This document shows positions 29,435-40,315 of a stretch of 64,000 nucleotides of DNA, piece by piece. Within the stretch, counting starts at the first letter, position 1; each line of letters opens with the position of its first letter. Source of the stretch: Halobacteriovoraceae bacterium (lineage in GTDB: Bacteria; Bdellovibrionota; Bacteriovoracia; Bacteriovoracales; Bacteriovoracaceae). The stretch is taken from contig CAVRCF010000001.1 of assembly GCA_963719505.1 (NCBI GenBank), positions 672,001 through 736,000 of the forward strand, given 5' to 3'. Both the position numbers and the translations under genes were made by a program. The notes beneath the pieces were generated by a model. That model was not told where the DNA came from. It saw only the letters and a list, made by a program, of their open reading frames with translations, and ran no database searches.

Positions 29435-30310
29435 ATGAACGCGTCAATTCTTGCTCTAATGGCCAACTTTAGCTTCGCACTTGGATCACAATTCTTTACT
29501 CATTTTACGAGGATCTATTCATCGACTTGGATGAATACATTTAAAGCTCTCGCTGCCGGAGCTGGTTTTCTTTTAACCGTTCTTTTGACGACTGGATTTA
29601 ATCCTATAACGAATTTAGGTTTTACCTTCTTTCTGGTCTCGGGAGCTGTTGGTTTGGGGATCGGAGATATTTTTTTATTAAAAGCGTTTGGTGAGATCGG
29701 TCCAGGTAGGACAATGGTCATCTTTGGATTTCATCCTATTATTGTGGGTGTCTTTTCATTTTTCATTTTCTCTCAGCAAGTAGAGACTCATAAGCTTTGG
29801 GGAATATTCTTCTTTATTATCTGCTTAATTATTTTTTCACTAGAGAGTTTTAGGGCGACAAAGCAGTGGAGGTTTAAAGGATTGATCTTTGCTTTTTCTG
29901 GAATGGTTCTCGATGCAGGGGGAGTGCTCCTGACTCGCTATTCATTTGATGCTAATCCCGCGACAACTCCTCTTGAAGGGAATTTTTATCGCTGTATTGG
30001 AGCGGTGATTGTATACCTTATTATTAGAAAGTTTTCACCCTTTCATTTTAGGGCCCGCTTAAAGTCGATGAGTAATAAAGCCCTTCTCTTTTTGTGTATG
30101 GGTGCTTTTTTTGGAACTTATTTATCTTTAATGCTTTATCTTCAAGCCATTCAGATCGCAGAGAGTTTGGCCCTCATCTCTTCAATCTCGATTACTTCCG
30201 TTATTTTCTCATCGACCTTTGAGTGCATATGGGAGAAGAAAGCGCCGTCGGGCTACCTTCTTCTCGCATTTATATCATTTTTGGTTGGAACTTACTTTAC
30301 TTTAGGCTAG
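29435..30310 (+). CDS. DMT/EamA family transporter
   Basis: About 10 TM segments in two repeats; SGAVGLGIGD...IGP motif. Confidence 0.85.
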   Translation: MNASILALMANFSFALGSQFFTHFTRIYSSTWMNTFKALAAGAGFLLTVLLTTGFNPITNLGFTFFLVSGAVGLGIGDIFLLKAFGEIGPGRTMVIFGFHPIIVGVFSFFIFSQQVETHKLWGIFFFIICLIIFSLESFRATKQWRFKGLIFAFSGMVLDAGGVLLTRYSFDANPATTPLEGNFYRCIGAVIVYLIIRKFSPFHFRARLKSMSNKALLFLCMGAFFGTYLSLMLYLQAIQIAESLALISSISITSVIFSSTFECIWEKKAPSGYLLLAFISFLVGTYFTLG

Positions 30311-31656
30311 AGAATCGATTGTATCTCAGCCTGGGTATAACTAGGGTGGTAAGGATTTGGTGGAAGAACTGCTGGAGCTCTTCCTTTTGACTGATCACCT
30401 TTTCCAAAAATGTATCGATCAAAGTCTTCTTGTAAATCGAGTCCAGAGTATTCCTCAATATCTGAAATAAAGTCAGCAGTCGTGACTGTCGTAAACTTTC
30501 TCTTTTCAAAGTATTGCCTCAAAAAATCCTTGAGACCAGGCTTTCCAGCTTTGATGAGTTTGTAACTCATATAAGAGAAAAAGGATCTTCCTTTCTCATA
30601 AGAATTATCATCTGTTTTTCTTGTATAGATATTATGAGCTCCCAAATTAAAACTATGGTAATTTGGTGAACTGTAAGTCTTATGTCCTTTATCTCGCCAT
30701 GAGGCTATTCCTTCGTCCATCCATCCGGAGTTTCCATCTGCAGGTTGAAGACCTTTGGCAAAATAGGCATGTTGTAGCTCATGTCCCAGAGCCACCAAAG
30801 AAGTTGCTGTTGCACCGGCATATTCCATACCACCTTTTAACTTGGTTCCGTAAATAACTAAGCTTTTATGAGGCCATGGTCCATAGTCATTTTCAAGTTC
30901 TCTTAGAATCTTAAAAGTCTGTCTTTTAAAAATCCAATTTCTCATTCTGTACTTTGAGTAAATTGTAATAGGAAATACATTTCCATTAATTGATCTGTAT
31001 TTTAGCCTAAGACGCCAAAACTTTGATTTAGGCACAAGGTGAAAATACAGACTAGATGAGGTATAAAAATCTGGATAGGTAATTCTGATATGATTTTTTT
31101 CAACTTCAACAACATCTCCATTAGCAAAAACGTTGTGAGCGATATTGGTTCCTGTGACTTTCACATTAAAAGTCATCTGGTATTGATCATATTCATAGTT
31201 TGAGGCGACAAATCTTTCAAGGAACATTCTGTCGGTTAAATCTTTTATGAAGAAGCCCGATGATACTGCTTGCTTCCCAAACGCGAGACCATGGATAATA
31301 GGAGTCTTTATTGTCATGGTGTGAAAGCCTGCAGTCACTTCTTTATTAATATAGCGCACGAATGTGACTCCTCCTGGAACAGGAGTATAACCATGATCAA
31401 CTTTCCTTCCATCTAAAAGAACTTCAGAAGGGGTTGCTACAGAATCAAAAATAGCTAAACCATTTTCAAGAACTTCAAAGTTTATATGTGTGATAGCGGT
31501 GGCTTCGTCTTTTTCATTGTCATAAGTGAGGTCGTAATTCGCAGATGTAAAGTCAACAAAGACTGCTTTCCCATCAGGTGTTTGAAAACTAGGAGGGGCT
31601 TGTTCGATCCCAGCAAAAGAGAGTGCGCAAAAAATGAGTAAGAATAAAAATTTCAT
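30307..31656 (-). CDS. Secreted M1-like (gluzincin) metallopeptidase
   Basis: Signal peptide; GGMEY, HELQH, WMDEG and YEKG. Confidence 0.85.
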   Translation of the reverse strand: MKFLFLLIFCALSFAGIEQAPPSFQTPDGKAVFVDFTSANYDLTYDNEKDEATAITHINFEVLENGLAIFDSVATPSEVLLDGRKVDHGYTPVPGGVTFVRYINKEVTAGFHTMTIKTPIIHGLAFGKQAVSSGFFIKDLTDRMFLERFVASNYEYDQYQMTFNVKVTGTNIAHNVFANGDVVEVEKNHIRITYPDFYTSSSLYFHLVPKSKFWRLRLKYRSINGNVFPITIYSKYRMRNWIFKRQTFKILRELENDYGPWPHKSLVIYGTKLKGGMEYAGATATSLVALGHELQHAYFAKGLQPADGNSGWMDEGIASWRDKGHKTYSSPNYHSFNLGAHNIYTRKTDDNSYEKGRSFFSYMSYKLIKAGKPGLKDFLRQYFEKRKFTTVTTADFISDIEEYSGLDLQEDFDRYIFGKGDQSKGRAPAVLPPNPYHPSYTQAEIQSIL

Positions 31657-32547
31657 TTATAGCTCCTTCGTTTTTGATTTCATCATCTTTCTTTTGATAC
31701 AGGCCCTGTTGAGAAGCCAAGAGAATGTTGATTTTCTTGTTCTTCCAAAAGTATATTCGGGGTGAAATTGAACCCCAAGTACTGGCCTATTTGAAAACTC
31801 AATAACTTCAGCTATTGTGTTTCCATTTGAGATCGCAGTGACTTCAAGTTGTGGCCATTGATCCTTTCTCTCATTATAGTAGTCAAGTCTTAACCCTTGA
31901 TGGTGAAGTTCTACGGCTCTAAACATCGTTCTTCTTTGGAGAGACTTTATGAGTGAGTCATCTTTTGTGATTCTAATTCTATCGATCGTGTATCTTCTAT
32001 TTTTGATCCCAAGTTCTTCTTTTATATCCACATAAAGAGGAATTCCTTGAGAGACTGTCAGCATCTGCATTCCTCGACAAATTCCTAGAATTGGAGTGTG
32101 AAGTGAGGCATCGTCGGTTGAGTTAAAATATGTTTTTAAAAGATTGTATTCAAATGGATCTCTCTTTTTTCCTTCCTCAGTATAGTTGACTAGATAGTCG
32201 AGTCTTTCGGTTTCAGCTTTTAACTCAGGAGTCACTTTATCAATATAGTATTTGGGATCAATATCTACTCCACCGGGAATAAGGATAGCGTCAACTTGCG
32301 AATAGTCTGGAGTTTGGTTCTCTGAGTAGAGGTTTTTCAGTTTTATTCTGTAACCCATCTTTCTTGCTGCTTTAACCAAGCCCCAGATATTGAATCGTCC
32401 ACAGTCTTTAGTACAGCCAACAACGATCTTTTCGCCTTTTTCCATTTGGCAGCTTTCCATTTTAAAGCTGGTACTAGCGTTCGCTGTCAGTGAGAATTTT
32501 AGAAAAAAACTTAGTGCTAAAACTAATGTTGAGAGAGTAAATTTCAT
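31657..32547 (-). CDS. Peptidase C26 / class I glutamine-amidotransferase-like gamma-glutamyl hydrolase with signal peptide
   Basis: IPGGVDIDP, LGICRGMQ and GVQFHPE (Cys/His/Glu triad). Confidence 0.88.
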   Translation of the reverse strand: MKFTLSTLVLALSFFLKFSLTANASTSFKMESCQMEKGEKIVVGCTKDCGRFNIWGLVKAARKMGYRIKLKNLYSENQTPDYSQVDAILIPGGVDIDPKYYIDKVTPELKAETERLDYLVNYTEEGKKRDPFEYNLLKTYFNSTDDASLHTPILGICRGMQMLTVSQGIPLYVDIKEELGIKNRRYTIDRIRITKDDSLIKSLQRRTMFRAVELHHQGLRLDYYNERKDQWPQLEVTAISNGNTIAEVIEFSNRPVLGVQFHPEYTFGRTRKSTFSWLLNRACIKRKMMKSKTKEL

Positions 32548-32614
32548 ACAACTTCCTTATCAATAATGTGTATATTGATTTTATCGGGAAGTAATTTACT
32601 CTAGAAGGGTGAAA

Positions 32615-33166
32615 TTAATGCCAGTCTATTTCTATATCGGCTTGGACTTTCGTCTTTTCGGTAGGATCCGCGCTTTTAACGCTGAAAACCACAGAGCTAT
32701 TATCGTATTGTGTGATGGCTTCACCAGGTCTGAAACTGATTTGTCCTTGATCATTTTCTTGAGTATAACAGTCATGGAAATTATACTTTAAACCTTTCTC
32801 TATTTCTGTCTCGTCTGTTGGTGTAGCGCTTGAAGCACCTCCGACGTATTTACAATAGAAATCGTAGCCCGTCTCTCCATTAGAGTTGAAATAAATAGCT
32901 GCTGTTCCATTTCCAGCATTTCCTTCAGTAACATCTAAGCTCGCTGGGATTCTCAGTTCTAGATCTTTGTCGAAAGATTTTGCAGAATCTGTGGCCGTTC
33001 CATTTTGATCAATACTGGCGCTTAATTTAAAGCTGTCAGCTGTGATGAATCGAATTGCCGAATCACTGTTATCGCTTGCAGGAGCTTTGTTAATGACACC
33101 TTTTCCACAACCAACCTGCAGGAAGGTAGAAAGGATTACACTGGATTTTAAGATAGTTTTTAACAT
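32615..33166 (-). CDS. Hypothetical lipoprotein
   Basis: Start at MLKTIL; lipobox-like QVGC. Confidence 0.65.
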   Translation of the reverse strand: MLKTILKSSVILSTFLQVGCGKGVINKAPASDNSDSAIRFITADSFKLSASIDQNGTATDSAKSFDKDLELRIPASLDVTEGNAGNGTAAIYFNSNGETGYDFYCKYVGGASSATPTDETEIEKGLKYNFHDCYTQENDQGQISFRPGEAITQYDNSSVVFSVKSADPTEKTKVQADIEIDWH

Positions 33167-33173
33167 GTAATCT

Positions 33174-33201
33174 TGATCGGTGCGGGGCAGAAGAATCTTA
33201 G
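33174..33201 (-). promoter_or_regulatory. Sigma28 (FliA)-type promoter
   Basis: TAAG-N15-ACCGATCA, 7 nt before the ATG at 33166. Confidence 0.55.
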
Positions 33202-33420
33202 GTTTTTTGACCAAAAAAAGAGAAAAAAATTCCTAGCCTTGCATAGTGATAGAGTCGGTTATTAGGGCTGGTCAGTGATTCCAAAGAGTTGCTAAAATTA
33301 TAATTTTTTTTTAACTAGACACCCTTGACGACTATGGATTCAATACCACCTTAGAGGAGTTAACAATAAACCAAAATACTATACTATGCGTTAAACGCAT
33401 TAGCTTAAAAGGAGAAATAG

Positions 33421-33708
33421 ATGTCTGTAAAACCACTTCACGACAGAGTTCTTGTAAAGAGACTTGAGGAAGAAACAAAAACTGCAGGTGGGATTATCAT
33501 TCCTGATAATTCAAAGGAAAAACCGGCTCAAGGTGAGATCATCGCAATTGGTTCTGGGTATAGAAATACTGACGGAACACTCTCAGCACTTGATGTAAAA
33601 GTTGGAGATAAAGTACTTTTTGAAAAGTATGGACACTCAGATGTAAAGATTGAAGGGAACGACTTTTTAATCATGAAAGAAAGTAATATTTTAGGAATTT
33701 TAGGATAA
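33421..33708 (+). CDS. groES: Co-chaperonin GroES
   Basis: KPLHDRVLV and TAGGIIIPD. Confidence 0.98.
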   Translation: MSVKPLHDRVLVKRLEEETKTAGGIIIPDNSKEKPAQGEIIAIGSGYRNTDGTLSALDVKVGDKVLFEKYGHSDVKIEGNDFLIMKESNILGILG

Positions 33709-33711
33709 TAG

Positions 33712-35373
<1,662 letters not shown>

Positions 35374-35408
35374 AAATATCCTCCCAAGAATTTAAAAAAT
35401 AAATGATG

Positions 35409-35438
35409 GCCTCCCTTTTTGTGGGAGGCTTTTTTTTT
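35409..35438 (+). terminator. Intrinsic terminator after groEL
   Basis: GCCTCCC-N7-GGGAGGC followed by T9. Confidence 0.85.
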
Positions 35439-35445
35439 AGTTATT

Positions 35446-35865
35446 CTAGTCTAGTTCCCATTCTCCACGATCCATGATTCCTTGAACCCAACTCTCTGAA
35501 CAAAAAAGTTCGCCAATCTCTATTTGTCCATAGTGATTAGGGTCTAGGGTAACAAGCTCTATGCCATAATTTGATCTTGCCCAAATATTAATGTCTGTTG
35601 ATATCCCTACAGGTCTACAAGTAAAATCTAGCTGACTAGAATCTCGATTATCCGTGCATTTCAGCGTAAATCTTTCTCTTGTCGAAGTATTTAAGAATTC
35701 AGCACTGCTGGATATGAGTCGATTGCCTATGGCCTTGTAGTCGAGTTTTAATTGAATTTTTTCAAAAGATGGCCTTCCATCTTCCATGAATCCCCCGCAT
35801 CGAATTACTTTTGCAGACGAGAGTAGGGGGAGAGTTAACAGCGAATAAATGATTAAGCTTTTCAT
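35446..35865 (-). CDS. Hypothetical secreted protein
   Basis: Signal peptide; four Cys; SD AAGGA. Confidence 0.6.
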   Translation of the reverse strand: MKSLIIYSLLTLPLLSSAKVIRCGGFMEDGRPSFEKIQLKLDYKAIGNRLISSSAEFLNTSTRERFTLKCTDNRDSSQLDFTCRPVGISTDINIWARSNYGIELVTLDPNHYGQIEIGELFCSESWVQGIMDRGEWELD

Positions 35866-35918
35866 GAATTATCCTTAGTTTTGGGCATATTAGTAGATTG
35901 AGGTTTATTTACAAGTAA

Positions 35919-35966
35919 GATCAATGACTTATGTAAACTCTATATATGCTTGGCACACCCCTTGCT
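35919..35966 (+). promoter_or_regulatory. Sigma54 promoter with an upstream IHF-like site
   Basis: TGGCAC-ACCCC-TTGCT at 35951-35966; GATCAA-TGAC-TTA at 35919-35931. Confidence 0.75.
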
Positions 35967-36026
35967 TCATATAGTGTAAGAGAGAATTAAGTTAGGAAAT
36001 TTGAGTACTAATTTCAAGGGGATAGC

Positions 36027-36884
36027 ATGATTAAGAGTTTAAGACATTGTATAAAGTTTAGACACTTTCTAGCAATCGTTACTTCTATTTACACTACATC
36101 AATTTTAGCTGGAGAAGCCGGAAGGGCTCCTGCGAACTTTATCCCAGATGACGACATGATCGTTGTGCCTATGGTTGTTGAAAAAAGCTTCTATGACGAC
36201 TTCAATGAAAAGCATAAAGAGAAATTTCAGCAGTCAAGACTTCGTCTCGAAGGATGGCTATTACAAGAGCAGTACGCACAAGATTACGGTCTTGAGGACG
36301 CTGACTTTATTAACCTTCCAACTCCAGAAGAGAAGGAGAGATTCTTTAACAGAAACTACCTGCGCTTTATCCAAAAAGATGTAGAAAAAGCGAACCAAGA
36401 AACTGTTCAGGGAATCGTTGATGATTGGAATGCCGATGACGAGATCGATGCTATTAGAAATACAGAGCTTCGTAACGAATATATTGTTAAAGCAAAAAGA
36501 GCAAAGGGTCAGAAGGTTATTGAAGCATCTGAGACGGTTAAGGTAGGAAAAAGCAGTTTCAAGATCGACTTTCAACCAAGACTTGAGCAAGGAATGGTGA
36601 TGATCAAGCTTAAGAGTGACTTCATTAAAGTTAGAGCTTGGTTAGGGGTTAATGGAAGCCAGGAGCTTTTCGCAGAAAAAAGAATTGCAGCGACAAACAC
36701 GAGAATTTTGGCCAACTACTATATCGATGAGAATAGAATACTTGCCGCGGTGAGACAACCGCTTGGAAATAATTGGTCTATGCGTCTAACGCATCAAAAA
36801 TACTATAATTCTGCTGACGCTTTCGAGCTTGGTAGAATACCTGAAAATAATGTTTTATCAGTTAACTTTGGAATGGGATTTTAA
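36027..36884 (+). CDS. Hypothetical exported protein with a beta-stranded C-terminal region (possible OM protein)
   Basis: Signal peptide; ends SVNFGMGF. Confidence 0.7.
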   Translation: MIKSLRHCIKFRHFLAIVTSIYTTSILAGEAGRAPANFIPDDDMIVVPMVVEKSFYDDFNEKHKEKFQQSRLRLEGWLLQEQYAQDYGLEDADFINLPTPEEKERFFNRNYLRFIQKDVEKANQETVQGIVDDWNADDEIDAIRNTELRNEYIVKAKRAKGQKVIEASETVKVGKSSFKIDFQPRLEQGMVMIKLKSDFIKVRAWLGVNGSQELFAEKRIAATNTRILANYYIDENRILAAVRQPLGNNWSMRLTHQKYYNSADAFELGRIPENNVLSVNFGMGF

Positions 36885-36952
36885 TTCCTCTCATGTTAAT
36901 TTGTGTTTGAATTTATATAATGCTTCAAACACTAAAATAAACGGAGAGTTTT

Positions 36953-38212
36953 ATGGCACTTTATCACAGCCCACTTTACAAAGACGCACTTGCTCAACTT
37001 GAAATGGCTTCAGCCGCAATGAATGCAGACCCCAATATTATCGAAAGATTAAAATACCCAAAAAGAGCGATTCAAGTTTCTATTCCTATTCGTCTTGATG
37101 ATGGAACAGTTAAAACTTTTGAAGGCTATAGAGTTCAACACAATATGACTCTTGGGCCAGGAAAGGGTGGGATTCGTTTTCATCCAGATGTTGATTTATC
37201 AGAAACAACAGCTCTTGCTATGCTTATGACATTTAAATGTGCTCTTGTTGGTCTTCCTCTTGGAGGGGCAAAGGGTGGAGTAAGAGTCGATCCAAGTAAA
37301 TTATCACGCCAAGAACTTCAAGCTTTAACCAGAAGATATGCAACAGAGATTGGTCCATTTGTAGGTCCAACAAAAGATATTCCAGCTCCAGATATTGGAA
37401 CTGATGCTCAAACAATGGCATGGTTTATGGATACATATTCTCAAATCAATGGCTACGCAGCTCATGGGGTTGTAACGGGGAAACCAATTTCAGTTGGTGG
37501 ATCTCTTGGACGTGCAGCAGCTACTGGACGTGGTGTTGCTTATTGTATTAACTTTGCCTACGAAAGTATGGGAAAGAAAATCACTCAAAATACAACTGTT
37601 GCCATTCACGGTTTTGGTAAGGTTGGGACACCTGCTGCAGAAGATCTGGCAGCCCAAGGTGCGAAAATTGTAGCGGTCTCTGATGTCTCGGGTGCTGTTT
37701 ATAGCGAACATGGTTTAGATGTGGCTAAAGCAACTCAGTGGGTAAAATCAGGTCGTTTATTAAAAGACTATGAGGGAGTTACTCTTATCTCAAACGCGGA
37801 ACTTCTCGCTCTTGATGTCGACATTTTAATTCCAGCAGCAATTGATGGTGTTATTACAAAAGATAATATGGAAACAGTAAAAGCTAGGCTTATTGCTGAA
37901 GGTGCCAATGGTCCACTTGATAAAGCAGCCATCGAATATCTGTCAGATAGAGGTGTATTCATTATCCCTGATATTCTTTGTAATGCCGGTGGTGTTATTG
38001 TTTCTTACTTTGAGTGGGTTCAAGGTTTAGCAAACTTTTTCTGGGATGAAGATGAAGTCAACAGTAGACTCCACAGAATTCTAAAGAAAGCTTTTGATGA
38101 TGTTCTTGAGAAAAAAGAGTTGTATAAAGTTGATATGAAGAAAGCAGCAATGTGTGCGGCTCTTGGAAAACTTGAAGCAGCAATGAAACTTAGAGGTCTT
38201 TTCCCAGGTTAG
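36953..38212 (+). CDS. gdhA: Glu/Leu/Phe/Val dehydrogenase (glutamate dehydrogenase)
   Basis: GPGKGGIRF, GGAKGG, DIPAPD, GFGKVG, EGANGP and NAGGVIVSYFEW. Confidence 0.93.
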   Translation: MALYHSPLYKDALAQLEMASAAMNADPNIIERLKYPKRAIQVSIPIRLDDGTVKTFEGYRVQHNMTLGPGKGGIRFHPDVDLSETTALAMLMTFKCALVGLPLGGAKGGVRVDPSKLSRQELQALTRRYATEIGPFVGPTKDIPAPDIGTDAQTMAWFMDTYSQINGYAAHGVVTGKPISVGGSLGRAAATGRGVAYCINFAYESMGKKITQNTTVAIHGFGKVGTPAAEDLAAQGAKIVAVSDVSGAVYSEHGLDVAKATQWVKSGRLLKDYEGVTLISNAELLALDVDILIPAAIDGVITKDNMETVKARLIAEGANGPLDKAAIEYLSDRGVFIIPDILCNAGGVIVSYFEWVQGLANFFWDEDEVNSRLHRILKKAFDDVLEKKELYKVDMKKAAMCAALGKLEAAMKLRGLFPG

Positions 38213-38217
38213 ATTTA

Positions 38218-38715
38218 ATGAATCAAAAATATCGGGCACGTCTTTTGGCGTGCCTTTTTTTTATCCCTTTACTATGTTTTTCAAAAATATTGAAAGACGA
38301 CGTCATAGCCACTGGAAGTGAGCAGTTTAGTTATCAGTCCGTTTGTAAAAAAATGATGAATAAAGACCTCCCTCTTATCGATTATACAAATGCTACGACT
38401 CTGGACTGCATGGGGACTTCGATTAATGTCGGGAGCTTTTGCCTAAAGGAGATGCCAGATTCTCCCACTCTTTTGCGAGGCTATATTGACCCTAAAATAA
38501 AGAGAGTTATTTGTAAAAAAGGGAAAAAGGTTGATCTAAAAATAACTTGTGAAGGTGATTATCTTTGTAAGGACACAGAGCTTGATTGTTACAAATTGGG
38601 ACAAATATACGCGATGAGATTAAACCTTGATCATCATTCAAGCTTTAAAGAGAATAAGAAAAAAGTCCTTAATTGTTACTTCTCTTTAAAAAAGAAAATT
38701 AGCCTTCCCAAATAA
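38218..38715 (+). CDS. Hypothetical Cys-rich exported protein
   Basis: Hydrophobic N-terminus; eight Cys in the mature part. Confidence 0.65.
   Translation: MNQKYRARLLACLFFIPLLCFSKILKDDVIATGSEQFSYQSVCKKMMNKDLPLIDYTNATTLDCMGTSINVGSFCLKEMPDSPTLLRGYIDPKIKRVICKKGKKVDLKITCEGDYLCKDTELDCYKLGQIYAMRLNLDHHSSFKENKKKVLNCYFSLKKKISLPK
38234..38262 (+). terminator. Terminator-like hairpin after gdh, inside the 5' end of the next ORF
   Basis: GGCACGTC-TTTT-GGCGTGCC followed by T8. Confidence 0.65.
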
Positions 38716-38790
38716 TCTTTAAATACAAGTGTTTATAAAAGATAGCTAAAACAAGTAATTTGAATAAGGTTCCTAAAAAAAGGAGCCTCA

Positions 38791-39369
38791 ATGCAAACAG
38801 AAATAAAAACCTATCTCGAAACACCAAGTGGAATCACCTACCTTTCTATTTTTGGGTACGCCAATAGAGGAGTGCCCGGACTTGAAATTAATGGAGCGGG
38901 AAGGCTTTCCAAAAATATAAAAGAAAAAGTGATTTATTTAAGTAAGAGTCTGAGCTTAAAAACTCAGGCGAAAAGATTTGTCATCTGTGTTGATATTAAT
39001 GATGTGGGTTCTAATATTGATAAGGGAGAGCTAAAGTTTTTGGAATTCCCTATTCTTCTTATGTTTTGGTATTTAAGTGGCATTATCCCTATCAAGAAGC
39101 TTGATAATTGCCTGGCCCGAGGATGGTTTAATGTGCGAGGAGAAATCTTTCAAAGCCCTTACCCTATAACGGCCAAGAGAGCTCACTGGCAGGGAATTAA
39201 CCCGGTAGAAATCAAAAGCTTAAACATAATTTCAAGCCTTGAGTCTGACAATCAGTTTCATAAACAAATAGATGCAAGACTCTTACTAGGTCACCTTAAA
39301 GGAATAAAGTTTAAGGTCGATTATATTGAAAGAGACTCTGACATTCCTATAAAGTCTTTTAGTGCATGA
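38791..39369 (+). CDS. Stand-alone ComM/YifB N-terminal (ChlI/Lon-like) domain protein
   Basis: RGVPGLEING...IKEKV...KRFVICV...LEFPI...GWFNVRGEI resembles the YifB N-domain; no Walker A. Confidence 0.55.
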   Translation: MQTEIKTYLETPSGITYLSIFGYANRGVPGLEINGAGRLSKNIKEKVIYLSKSLSLKTQAKRFVICVDINDVGSNIDKGELKFLEFPILLMFWYLSGIIPIKKLDNCLARGWFNVRGEIFQSPYPITAKRAHWQGINPVEIKSLNIISSLESDNQFHKQIDARLLLGHLKGIKFKVDYIERDSDIPIKSFSA

Positions 39370-40301
39370 TCACTTTTAGATGAACACTCAGCCAAAGGAA
39401 CCATTGTTACTTTCCCATCTCTGACAACAGTAGCATGTTGCGCTTTTCCCTCAACCAGAGCGTCAACGGCTGAAACACCCATGACAGTGGCAAAAAATCT
39501 ATCGGTGGGAGTAGGACTTCCACCTCTTTGAATATGCCCAAGGATACAGACTCTTGAAGAGATATCGTGAAGATCTTCTAGTACGTGGGCTATATCATAT
39601 GATCTTCCCGGTTTTTCACCTTCAGCAACAATAATAACTGAAGAATTTTTTCCTCGTCTTAGACCACGTCTTATATCGGATGAGATTTTCTTATAATCGA
39701 TTTTGTCTTGGTTGAGTAAAACATTCTCTGCCCCAGAACAAATTCCAACTTTAATGGCAATTGAAGAGGTCTGCGCTCCCATAACTTCAATAAGAAAAGT
39801 TCTATCGTTTGCCTGAGCAGTATCTCTAATTTTATCCACAGCTTCAGTCGCAGTCTGTACAGCTGTATCAAACCCGATGGTATAATCCGTTCCAGAGATA
39901 TCGTTATCGATTGTTCCGGGAATTCCAATCACAGGAAAGTTAAATTCTTCATTTAGGGCAATTGCACCTTTGAAAGAGCCATCGCCACCGATCACAATAA
40001 GGGCATCAATGCCTCGATCTTCAAGAATTTGAGCAGATTTTTCTCTAACATGTTTATCTTTAAACTCAGGGCATCTTGAGGTGTAGAGAACTGTTCCACC
40101 TCTTTGAATAATATTTCCAACACTAGATGCATTCATCTCTGTCATTTCATTATTGATAAGACCTTTGTAGCCTCTTTGAATACCGTAGACCTTAATACCG
40201 TGAGAGATAGCAGCTCGAACGATGGCCCTGATTGCACAGTTCATCCCCGGGCTGTCGCCACCACTTGTTAAAACACCAATCGCTCTGATCTTTGAAGACA
40301 T
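39321..40301 (-). CDS. pfkA: 6-phosphofructokinase
   Basis: TSGGDSPGMN, IGGDGS, PGTIDND, EVMG and LGHIQRGG. Confidence 0.96.
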   Translation of the reverse strand: MSSKIRAIGVLTSGGDSPGMNCAIRAIVRAAISHGIKVYGIQRGYKGLINNEMTEMNASSVGNIIQRGGTVLYTSRCPEFKDKHVREKSAQILEDRGIDALIVIGGDGSFKGAIALNEEFNFPVIGIPGTIDNDISGTDYTIGFDTAVQTATEAVDKIRDTAQANDRTFLIEVMGAQTSSIAIKVGICSGAENVLLNQDKIDYKKISSDIRRGLRRGKNSSVIIVAEGEKPGRSYDIAHVLEDLHDISSRVCILGHIQRGGSPTPTDRFFATVMGVSAVDALVEGKAQHATVVRDGKVTMVPLAECSSKSDHALKDFIGMSESLSI

Positions 40302-40315
40302 ATATTTTCCTATCG

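Noticed and set aside
33270..33296. GAGTTGCTAA resembling half of a CIRCE upstream of groES
   Set aside because: It has an extra base and no matching left arm.
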